From Candidatus Latescibacterota bacterium (GTDB lineage Bacteria > Latescibacterota > UBA2968 > UBA8231): a stretch of DNA of 64,000 nt. The notes beneath the pieces are model-generated. The model worked only from the letters and a program-made list of their open reading frames with translations, was not told the DNA's origin and did not search any database. Both the position numbers and the translations under genes were made by a program. The DNA is taken from assembly GCA_965208105.1 (NCBI GenBank), contig OZ242318.1:1824001-1888000 (forward strand). The letters run 5' to 3'. Shown in pieces: positions 54,175 through 64,000 of this stretch. Each line of letters begins with the position of its first letter. Position 1 is the stretch's first letter.

Positions 54175-54243
54175 TTGACTTGCCCGGGAGATGTCCTATA
54201 TTTGTAAGTGCAGCCAATCAGATGTTAGGTTGGTCAAACAATA
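54175..54243 (+). promoter_or_regulatory. feo promoter plus candidate DtxR/IdeR-type metal box
   Basis: TTGACT-16-TATATT (54175-54202); TTAGGTTGGTCAAACAATA at 54225-54243. Confidence 0.55.
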
Positions 54244-54369
54244 TGTTGCCGCGCCAAACACAGGTTTCTTTCGAATCGCACTCGCCGGAACCACGGGGGG
54301 TGCGCCACCAGGTCTGCCGCAAAGCGCAGCGTCGGAACCCCCATTTTCCCGCAATCCAGGAGGTCTGAT

Positions 54370-54702
54370 ATGGGTTTCTGGAAGCGCCCCGATGCACTGC
54401 GTCCCAGCAATATCTCCGATGCCATCCCCGGGCCCCTGTCCAACTGGCGCTGCGGCGCAGAAGCCGTGGTGACCGCGGTAACCGGGGCCTCCCGCTTCGC
54501 TTGCCGCCTGCGCGAAATCGGCGTGGTACCGGGCGTCCGCGTCCGCGTGCTGCGCACCGGTTCCAACCTCGTCATCCAGGTCGGAGAAGACCGATTCTGC
54601 ATGCGCCGCCGCGACGCCTTCGCCATTCAGGTATGTTCCGCCGGTTCACCTCTACCAGTCCCCACACTTCCTTCCAGCGCGATAGCCGTGGCAGTCAGCT
54701 GA
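54370..54702 (+). CDS. feoA: Ferrous iron transport protein A
   Basis: RLREIGVVPG motif; GGAGG RBS; precedes feoB. Confidence 0.85.
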   Translation: MGFWKRPDALRPSNISDAIPGPLSNWRCGAEAVVTAVTGASRFACRLREIGVVPGVRVRVLRTGSNLVIQVGEDRFCMRRRDAFAIQVCSAGSPLPVPTLPSSAIAVAVS

Positions 54703-54741
54703 AATTTTCCGTCGTGGCAGTACTTCCTGGAGTGCGGTGCC

Positions 54742-56964
54742 ATGGACGTTGGAGTGCAGCGAGCAATTTCCATCAAAACCCTGGCCCTCATCGGCAATCC
54801 CAACACCGGTAAGACCACACTCTTCAATGCCCTGACCGGACTGTCCCAGCAGGTAGGCAACTACCCCGGCGTCACCGTCGAGTACAAAGTCGGCAAGCTC
54901 AACCTGGAAGGAGGTCCCGAGGTGCAGGTTCTCGACCTGCCCGGGGCCTACAGCCTCTCCGCCCACTCCCCCGACGAGATGATCGCCGTCGACGTATTGA
55001 TGGGCAACCAGAAAGGCGCCGCACCGGTAGACGCCATCCTCGCAATCGTCGATTCCTGCAACCTCAACCGCAACCTCTACCTGGTCTCCCAGCTTGTTGA
55101 GACGGGCCTGCCTCTGATTATCGCCCTCAACATGACCGACCTGGCAAAGGCGCGCCGGATCCACATCGATGCGGACCGACTTGCCCGGCGCCTTGGCGTT
55201 CCCGTGGTTGCGGCCTGCGCCACCCGCGGCCACGGCGTGGAAGAGCTGCGCCGCACAATTGCCGGGGTGCTGAGCGGAGCCGAACCGGCCCTCGCCCGCA
55301 CCCGCCCGGACTTTCCGCTGGAGATGACCCGCCAGGTGGAAAAATTGACGGGCCACGCCATTCCCGCCGAAGGGGACGGTGAGCGCGTCCTCTCTCCTCC
55401 AGAGGCCTTTCGCGTCCTCGTGGATCGAGGCGGATACGCCGAACAGCGCATGTTGGATGTCCTTGGCCCCGCCTTCTCCGTGGAGCTGCACCAGATGCGC
55501 AGCCGCATCGGCAGCACCGATCCGCTCTCCGCCCTGGAAAGCGAATTCCGCTACTCATGGATTTCTCGACTGTTGGAAGGATGCGTGCAGCAGCCTGCCC
55601 AGCTCCGTCCCCGCCGCTCGGACAGGATCGACCGGGTGCTGACCCACAAGCTCTTGGGCACCCTGATCTTCGTTGCCGTGAATATGCTCGTGTTCGAGGC
55701 CATATACACCTGGTCCGGGCCCCTGATGGACCTCATCGATGCCTGCTTCGCCACCTTGGGCGGCTGGGTCGGCGCCGCCATTCCCGCAGGGGCCTTCCAC
55801 AGCCTGGTGGTGGACGGGGTGATCGCCGGGGTCGGAGGGGTGCTCATCTTCCTTCCCCAGATCGCCATCCTCTTCCTTTTTCTCTCCCTGCTGGCCGACT
55901 GCGGCTACATGGCGCGCGCCGCCTTCCTGATGGACCGGCTGCTCACCCGCTGCGGCCTGTCGGGCAAATCCTTCATCCCCCTGGTCTCCAGCTTTGCCTG
56001 CGCCGTGCCCGGGATCATGGCCACTCGCACCATCGAGGACCGCCGCGACCGCTTCGCCACCATCCTGGTTGCGCCGCTGATGAGCTGCTCCGCCCGCCTG
56101 CCGGTCTATATCATCCTCATAGCGGCATTCGTCCCGGACCGCCCGCTGCTTGGCACCTGGATCAGCCTTCAGGGGTTCACCCTTCTGGCCATGTACGGAG
56201 TCGGCGCCCTCGTGGCCGTTCCGGTAGCCTGGCTTCTGAAGAAAACACTGCTCAAGGGGGAGCCTCCTCCCTTCCTGCTGGAGCTGCCTTCCTACAAGTG
56301 GCCCAATCCGCTCACCGTGGGCCTCAAGGTATACCAGAGCGCCAGGGCCTTCGTGGTCCGCGCCGGCAGCATCATCCTGGCCACCACCATCGTCATGTGG
56401 GCCCTGGCCTACTTCCCGCGGCCGGGTGCCATCCTCGAGCATTACGAGGGCATGCGCTCCGAGGCCATCGCCGCCCACCACGGCGAGGCAAGAGAGGATG
56501 CGCTGCTTGCGATCGACAGGGAGGAAGCGGCCATCCTACTCGAGAGGAGCTACCTGGGACAGGCCGGCCACTACATCGAGCCGGTGGTGCACCCCCTCGG
56601 CTGGGACTGGCGCATCGGAATGGCGACCCTCGCCTCCTTTCCGGCGCGCGAGGTCATCATCTCCGTCCTCGGCACCATCTACAGCCTCGGGGGCGAGGAG
56701 GACGAAACCTCGGAGGACCTGCGCCAGGCAATGCGCAATGCGACCTGGGAGGACGGAAGCCCCATCTTTTCCATCCCCGTTGCCCTCTCGATCATGGTAT
56801 TCTTCGCACTTTGTGCCCAGTGTCTCTCCACCCTGGTGATCATCCAGCGAGAAACCCGCTCATGGGGATGGGCAGCCTTCACCTTCAGCTACATGACCCT
56901 GCTTGCCTACGCGGGGGCCTTTGTCACCTACCAGGGCGCAATGTTCCTCGGATTGGGTGGTTGA
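54742..56964 (+). CDS. feoB: Ferrous iron transport protein B
   Basis: GNPNTGKT, GNYPGVTV, DLPGAYSL, FACAVP, MSCSARLP. Confidence 0.97.
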   Translation: MDVGVQRAISIKTLALIGNPNTGKTTLFNALTGLSQQVGNYPGVTVEYKVGKLNLEGGPEVQVLDLPGAYSLSAHSPDEMIAVDVLMGNQKGAAPVDAILAIVDSCNLNRNLYLVSQLVETGLPLIIALNMTDLAKARRIHIDADRLARRLGVPVVAACATRGHGVEELRRTIAGVLSGAEPALARTRPDFPLEMTRQVEKLTGHAIPAEGDGERVLSPPEAFRVLVDRGGYAEQRMLDVLGPAFSVELHQMRSRIGSTDPLSALESEFRYSWISRLLEGCVQQPAQLRPRRSDRIDRVLTHKLLGTLIFVAVNMLVFEAIYTWSGPLMDLIDACFATLGGWVGAAIPAGAFHSLVVDGVIAGVGGVLIFLPQIAILFLFLSLLADCGYMARAAFLMDRLLTRCGLSGKSFIPLVSSFACAVPGIMATRTIEDRRDRFATILVAPLMSCSARLPVYIILIAAFVPDRPLLGTWISLQGFTLLAMYGVGALVAVPVAWLLKKTLLKGEPPPFLLELPSYKWPNPLTVGLKVYQSARAFVVRAGSIILATTIVMWALAYFPRPGAILEHYEGMRSEAIAAHHGEAREDALLAIDREEAAILLERSYLGQAGHYIEPVVHPLGWDWRIGMATLASFPAREVIISVLGTIYSLGGEEDETSEDLRQAMRNATWEDGSPIFSIPVALSIMVFFALCAQCLSTLVIIQRETRSWGWAAFTFSYMTLLAYAGAFVTYQGAMFLGLGG

Positions 56965-56973
56965 AAGGTTGCC

Positions 56974-57156
56974 ATGGACTGGCAGACCACGGCAGCCATC
57001 GCCATTGTCCTGGCAAGCGCGGCGTTGGTGGCGCGCCACATGCTGCGACCCTTCCTGAATGGTCGGAACCGGCCGTCCGCGGACGACGGCCCGGGCGGCG
57101 CTGGGCAGGACCGGGAAGAACTGGTGCAGATATCCCCTGCCGACGATTCCTCCTGA
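56974..57156 (+). CDS. FeoB-associated small membrane protein (Cys-free)
   Basis: MDWQ + 1 TM + LVQI; 9 bp after feoB. Confidence 0.65.
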   Translation: MDWQTTAAIAIVLASAALVARHMLRPFLNGRNRPSADDGPGGAGQDREELVQISPADDSS

Positions 57157-57192
57157 GGGGTCCCGCCTTATCCTTTCCTCAATTCGGGGGTC

Positions 57193-59302
<2,110 letters not shown>

Positions 59303-59788
59303 CTATTTCCCCGGCGCGAATCTTTCCTTGAGCCTGCGCGCCACGCAGGGTGGCACGAACTGGTCTACCTCTCCTCCCATCTCGGCGATCTGGCGCACCA
59401 CCGACGAACTCAGGTACATAAAATCCGACCGGGTCATGAGAAAAACCGTGTCGAACTCCGGCCAAAGACTGCGATTGGTCAGGGCCATGGCGAACTCGTT
59501 CTCGAAATCGGTCACCGCCCTCAGCCCGCGCACGGCAATGCGTATTCCGCTGGACCGGGCATAGTCCACGATCAGCCCCTCGGTCCGATCCACCTCCACC
59601 TGGGGCCAGTCGCGGGTGGCCTCGAGAATCATCTCCATGTTTTCCTCGGGGGTAAACAGGGACTGCTTGTGGGGATTGACGGCCATGAGCACGGTGACGC
59701 GATCGAAGACATCGAGTGCGCGCTCGATGATATTCAGGTGCCCGTAGGTAATCGGGTCGAAGCTTCCGGGATAGAAGGCGGCTTCCAC
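59303..59788 (-). CDS. coaD: Phosphopantetheine adenylyltransferase
   Basis: YPGSFDPITYGH, RGLRAVTDFENE, SSS. Confidence 0.97.
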   Translation of the reverse strand: MEAAFYPGSFDPITYGHLNIIERALDVFDRVTVLMAVNPHKQSLFTPEENMEMILEATRDWPQVEVDRTEGLIVDYARSSGIRIAVRGLRAVTDFENEFAMALTNRSLWPEFDTVFLMTRSDFMYLSSSVVRQIAEMGGEVDQFVPPCVARRLKERFAPGK

Positions 59789-59799
59789 TGTAGCCCTCC

Positions 59800-60936
59800 T
59801 TAGCGGACTAAAACGTCAACTGCGGTGTAGAGACGGGCACGGCGCGAACTCCTGCCCACCGGCACCACCACCATCTCGCCCAGGGCCAGGCGCGCGCCGG
59901 CCTGCTCGAAAGTCTGCAGGAAAGCGCCGATCTGCCGGTAGGATCCGCTTGCCCACATCTTCTGCCGATGCTGGCCCTGGGACGCCGGCGAGTCTGCCAT
60001 AATGGGCTCCTCCACGGCCACCGCCCCCAGACCGCTTGCCCTTGCCCAGATGGCAACCTTGCGGAACATCGACTTGGCCTCGGTGGAGGAGAGTGGCTCC
60101 AGCCTCCCCGCGTCCTCTGCGGCGATATGGCCCTTCATGGCAAATTTGTATCTATTGCTTTGCTCTTCCCGACCCTTGTTGCAGAGCCAGGACAGCTCTG
60201 CCCTGGAGGGCAGTTGATTCAAGGTGTCCAGGAACAACTCGGCCAGCTCCTGAGAAGAGCTGGACCCTTCGATAATGTACTCCCCCGAGGCATTGCTGAT
60301 GAGGGCGGTAAAACGCATGCCGGACGGCACGCGCCCAAAGAGCCTGAAAGCCTCCATGCACACCTCGCTCAACCGCGGGGTGCGCCCAAAATCCCTGCGG
60401 ACCCCCTCCCCTTCCACTGCCATGTGGGCTGGTTCAGACGCCTTCTCCGCCTGGCCGGCCCCCGGCGGCTGGGGAGGGACTGGAGCCTCCTTCGATTCCT
60501 GCGGCTTCTCGGAGTCCCCTGCCGTCTCATCCTCCGTAGGTACGGTTTGCTCCGCCGGGGCCTCGACAGCATCGACGGACGCCCTTTTCTCCAGAGGATC
60601 GGCCGTCCCAGCCAACTCTTGCGACTTCTCCGCCTCCGCCGCCATCAGCACCGGGGGAACCTCCTTCACCCCTCGGGCATTTCCCTCGCCGGGTTCCTCG
60701 GCCTCCTTCCCTTCCCCTGGTACCAATGCAGGAAGACCACCCTGACCCCCGCCTGCCTGAAGATCCTCGCCGGGGGCACCGGCAAAAAGATCGTTCAAGG
60801 CCTCGTGGAGGGGAAAGCGCTGATCGACCCAGTAAATGCCCGTGAGCAGGAGAGCGGCCGCAAGCAGACCGATAGCTGCCACCAGGATGCGGCGGCGGTA
60901 GCCTTTGCGCCCGGAGAGCAGTCGGATGCGGATCAT
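59800..60936 (-). CDS. Bitopic membrane protein with PilN-like and PilO-like segments
   Basis: N-terminal TM, acidic Pro/Ala linker, YIIEGSS..LAELFLDTL and GSYRQIGAFL patterns; downstream of the pilM-like gene. Confidence 0.5.
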   Translation of the reverse strand: MIRIRLLSGRKGYRRRILVAAIGLLAAALLLTGIYWVDQRFPLHEALNDLFAGAPGEDLQAGGGQGGLPALVPGEGKEAEEPGEGNARGVKEVPPVLMAAEAEKSQELAGTADPLEKRASVDAVEAPAEQTVPTEDETAGDSEKPQESKEAPVPPQPPGAGQAEKASEPAHMAVEGEGVRRDFGRTPRLSEVCMEAFRLFGRVPSGMRFTALISNASGEYIIEGSSSSQELAELFLDTLNQLPSRAELSWLCNKGREEQSNRYKFAMKGHIAAEDAGRLEPLSSTEAKSMFRKVAIWARASGLGAVAVEEPIMADSPASQGQHRQKMWASGSYRQIGAFLQTFEQAGARLALGEMVVVPVGRSSRRARLYTAVDVLVR

Positions 60937-61844
60937 CTCCCGGCCAGTCCCCTGTAGGCGAGTCCGGCCGCCACCGCGAACTCGGAGCCGTTAGCCAGCA
61001 GGGACTGCTGCGCTCCCTGGCAACGGTCGGAAGAGAGGTTTCGAAACGGGTCGAGCAACGCGCTACTGGCGGAGTAGCGATCCGCCAGTTCAGCTTCCCG
61101 CCAATCTGAGCCCCCGGTAAGATCCGCAACCCAGAAGCGCTGGGGATCTTCACCGCCATTTTCCTCTCCCAGCAGGGCGTCGATGCATTTCACCACCGCC
61201 TCGATTGGGGCCTCGTGTTTCTCTTCGGGGAAGGACCGGATCAATACCTCGGCCAATTCACCGTCGCGCACGAGAAGGATTTGGATCTCGATGCGGGACA
61301 GACCGACGATAACCTCCAGTTTCTCCACGGGCCCTGGCCTGGAAGCCTCCAGGGCATTGTGGAGAGCAAAAGGTACAATATCCAATTCAGGCGAATCGAA
61401 GCCGGCCTGACGGCTGAACTCCAGGTAGCGGTCCAGGACCCTGCGATGGACCGCTACCACGTAGCCCCACTCTCGTCCCAGTACGGAATCGATGCCGTAG
61501 TCAGCGGGGTCCCCCGACAGGAACTGGCCCGCCTCCCAGAGGAGGTTTTCCCGATTGATCTTGACACCGGCCCCTTCCACCAGGGGCCAACGCTTGAGAT
61601 GGAACTCACCCCTGCCCAGGGCGATACAGGTATTTGCAAATCTCAGGCCAAGGTCCCTCGACGCCTGCCGCAGCACTCCCCGCAATTCCTTTCCCAGGTC
61701 GGGGCTGGCCAGTTCGGCGCGAAAGACGGCTCGCAACTCGACCGCCCTTCCGGATCTGCCCAGCTCGACAATGTGGAGGAGGCCGTCTCCGATATGAACA
61801 CCTGTGGCTCTCTTTTTACCCATGCCGAACACGGCAACATCCAA
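60933..61844 (-). CDS. PilM-like actin-fold protein
   Basis: TGVHIG..LHIVEL, LDIVPFALHNA, LDPF, FAVAAGLAYR; true start may be GTG 61832. Confidence 0.7.
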   Translation of the reverse strand: MDVAVFGMGKKRATGVHIGDGLLHIVELGRSGRAVELRAVFRAELASPDLGKELRGVLRQASRDLGLRFANTCIALGRGEFHLKRWPLVEGAGVKINRENLLWEAGQFLSGDPADYGIDSVLGREWGYVVAVHRRVLDRYLEFSRQAGFDSPELDIVPFALHNALEASRPGPVEKLEVIVGLSRIEIQILLVRDGELAEVLIRSFPEEKHEAPIEAVVKCIDALLGEENGGEDPQRFWVADLTGGSDWREAELADRYSASSALLDPFRNLSSDRCQGAQQSLLANGSEFAVAAGLAYRGLAGR

Positions 61845-61851
61845 CTTTCGC

Positions 61852-62018
61852 TAGGGTTTCGTTGCAGAGATAGGTTGACGCAATTGGGCCGCCGAGGCGG
61901 CCAGGCTCACAAGGCGCCTGAGCGAGTCGTACCAGTGGTGTACGGCGAGTGAAGGCAACGCCGTGAGCCGGGATGGATCGGTGGAATAATGGCGACATAA
62001 TTCTGCGACGGGGCACTA
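61852..62018. mobile_element. ERIC-like MITE, copy 3
   Basis: TA + GGGTTTCGTTGCAGA ... TCTGCGACGGGGCAC + TA; body nearly identical to copy 1. Confidence 0.85.
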
Positions 62019-62396
62019 TGGTTTCTTTCCCACCACCACCAGGGGACGCAATTTTTCGATGGTACGGACTCCGATACCCCGCACCTTCTGCAGCTCCTCC
62101 AGGGATTTGAAGGGTCCGTGGGCGCCCCGGTACTGGAGTATGCGCTCCGCCATCTTGGGGCCGATGGAAGGCAGGAGCTGCAACTGCAGGGCGGTGGCCT
62201 CGTTCAGCGGCAGGGGTCCCGCCTCCTGGAACTCCGCCACCGACTCCAGAGGGGGCGGCGGCTCGACTGCACGGGCTATGACCTGGAACTCCTCCAGGCT
62301 GGAGGGCCGGTAATAGTCCACCAGGGCGAGGCCACTGCCCGCCAAAAGGGCTCCGGCGAGAAACAGCAGAGCCAGTTGTTCGCGTCGATTGAACAT
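62016..62396 (-). CDS. comEA: ComEA-like helix-hairpin-helix DNA-binding protein
   Basis: N-terminal TM, LNEAT..LQLLPSIGP, GPFKSLEELQKVRGIG. Confidence 0.9.
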   Translation of the reverse strand: MFNRREQLALLFLAGALLAGSGLALVDYYRPSSLEEFQVIARAVEPPPPLESVAEFQEAGPLPLNEATALQLQLLPSIGPKMAERILQYRGAHGPFKSLEELQKVRGIGVRTIEKLRPLVVVGKKP

Positions 62397-62438
62397 GGAA
62401 TTTACCCCGATTCGCGGCCTGCGGCAACCGCAGTGGAC

Positions 62439-64000
62439 TCAGCGGAAGAACATGGTCCCGGAGAACTTGACCTCGCGGCTCTTGCGGGTTTTTTCGGTCA
62501 ATTGGTTCAGTTCGTCCTGGATCCGGATGAGGCCGTCGCCGCGGAAACTTTCGCTGAACTTATAGGAAGCGGTCAGCGACCCCCGCCACTTGCGCATGCC
62601 GCTTATGGGCACGCGTTCGGCGTAGCCGGTCCCCTTTGAACGGGTCTCGGTCTCCCGGGTGAATTCGAATTTGAGATCGACGTCGCTCTTCAACTTGCCG
62701 AAGAGGGGTATGCTGCGGGGCCTCAGGTTGTAGTTGACTCGAAAGGTCGTGGACCGCTTCTGGTTGCTGCCGCTGCCGCGCAGGGGCCGTTCTTCCTCCG
62801 CTTCCGCAGCTTCCCCCTCTCCAGCTGCATCGCCGACCAGTTCAAAATCCAGTTCTGTTCCCCGGGAAACAACGGTTTCAATCTTCGTGCTGGGACCAAT
62901 TCCCCACTTCCCGTTCCAGGAGACACGGATCTCCCTGGAGTTACCCTCCGTGATAAGATTGCCGGGCACGAGGCTGCCTTCGCCCTCTTGGGACCTGGTT
63001 TCCTGGTAGGAGACATTTACATGGGCGCTGTGGATGTACCTCTTGATGAAGGGCAGGCGGTTTGCTCGTCCCCAGGTCAGACTGGTCTTGGGAAAACGGC
63101 GCTCCTTCAGAAGCCGCAGGCGCTTCTGGGTGCTGCCGCTGCGCCGGGTCAACTTCTGGTCGAGATTGGTCTTGACGCTGACCCCCATCGGCAGCTTCAC
63201 CCCCGATCCTATGTCCAGATTGCTGGTGTGGTTGAACTGATCCTGCTGGGTGAGCCCCACGGTTGCCCTCTCCACCTCGAGGCTGTCCTCCAGGCCGATC
63301 TGGTAAAGGACGGAAGGCCGGCCGTTGAGGTTGAAGCTGCGCGCCGAGCCGTTGCGCCGCCAGGTCGCGCTGACCGGCTCTATGAATCCGCCGGCGAAGT
63401 GAAACAGGCGCCACAGGAAGAACGGGCCGCGCTGAATCCGAGCCTCGCCAGCGGTGGCCGTGTCACCATTCTCGCCGTTCCCGCCGTCCCTGCTTCCTGC
63501 CACCCTTCTCCCGCCTTTTGACGAGCCCGACGAGCCCGCGATACTCTTCAGAATGGCCGGCAGCTTCAGGTTGAACCGGGCAGAAAGATTGTTTCTCGTG
63601 GTTACGTCCCGGGTCTTGAACGGCAGCCCGGTGGTGCTGTCGACCACGACCTGTGCGCGGCGCTGGGAAGGGTCGCTGTTTTCCTCGTAATTGGCTCCGA
63701 AGGTGTAGCTCTGATCCAGCCACCTGACCAGGCGGGGAGTAAACTTCACGTCCGCTTTCTGCCGCCTCCTTATCTCGCGGCCGAAACTCAGTCTGTCCAC
63801 GGAGTACTTCTTGCGCAGGTCGCGGTCGATCTGGAGATTGTAGTCTCCGGTCGTCCCGGTGAAGGGATTGACCTTTGCCACGTAAGTCTCCTTGAGCCCG
63901 AAGGTTTCCTGAAAGGTGGTATCGGTTTCGGTGCGCTGGCGGCTGGATTTTTCCCTGCGGCTGGCCGCGACCGAATAGGTGAGGTTGGAAGGCAAGTAGC
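62439..64000 (-). CDS. C-terminal part of a very large outer-membrane beta-barrel, SprA-like (5' end off window)
   Basis: Open frame to the window edge (YLPSNL..), many amphipathic beta strands, ends VKFSGTMFFR; SprA assignment from recalled pattern only. Confidence 0.55.
   Translation of the reverse strand, partial: YLPSNLTYSVAASRREKSSRQRTETDTTFQETFGLKETYVAKVNPFTGTTGDYNLQIDRDLRKKYSVDRLSFGREIRRRQKADVKFTPRLVRWLDQSYTFGANYEENSDPSQRRAQVVVDSTTGLPFKTRDVTTRNNLSARFNLKLPAILKSIAGSSGSSKGGRRVAGSRDGGNGENGDTATAGEARIQRGPFFLWRLFHFAGGFIEPVSATWRRNGSARSFNLNGRPSVLYQIGLEDSLEVERATVGLTQQDQFNHTSNLDIGSGVKLPMGVSVKTNLDQKLTRRSGSTQKRLRLLKERRFPKTSLTWGRANRLPFIKRYIHSAHVNVSYQETRSQEGEGSLVPGNLITEGNSREIRVSWNGKWGIGPSTKIETVVSRGTELDFELVGDAAGEGEAAEAEEERPLRGSGSNQKRSTTFRVNYNLRPRSIPLFGKLKSDVDLKFEFTRETETRSKGTGYAERVPISGMRKWRGSLTASYKFSESFRGDGLIRIQDELNQLTEKTRKSREVKFSGTMFFR

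Noticed and set aside
61816-62427. ORFs running through the MITEs (also 5725-5928, 6479-6730, 6540-6752) that share peptide segments
   Set aside because: The shared peptides merely reflect the repeated DNA; there is no RBS or family evidence for translation.

Overview
GC-rich bacterial chromosomal window. The lineage is inferred, not proven, to be FCB-superphylum (Latescibacterota-like), from a SprA-like barrel gene and a C-terminal T-V-x-x-x-SWGQVK motif. The main feature is a 22 kb, 17-gene co-oriented minus-strand cluster (1304-23464) that looks like an uncharacterised small-molecule or cofactor pathway. It encodes an EhpF/GriC-like adenylating enzyme with a GriD/LuxC-like reductase and an Fe-ADH, a PaaK-like CoA ligase, a flavin halogenase-like enzyme, a HemN-like radical SAM enzyme, a thioesterase, a CxxC-bearing GT4, an SSS importer, a MacB/FtsX-type ABC system and four secreted PQQ-like beta-propellers. 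Three copies of an ERIC-like ~165 bp MITE each sit in the TA of a TAG stop codon and regenerate that stop. Also present: pncA-pncB, PreP, anmK, envelope glycosylation genes, a circularly permuted S55 peptidase, a lower-GC tandem TIR pair, an orphan YtrA regulator with promoter and operator, feoAB, and a sprA-like/comEA/pilM/pilN-O-like/coaD/obgE/dprA run. No rRNA, tRNA, CRISPR array or transposase was seen. All family calls come from motif recognition by eye; no searches were run.
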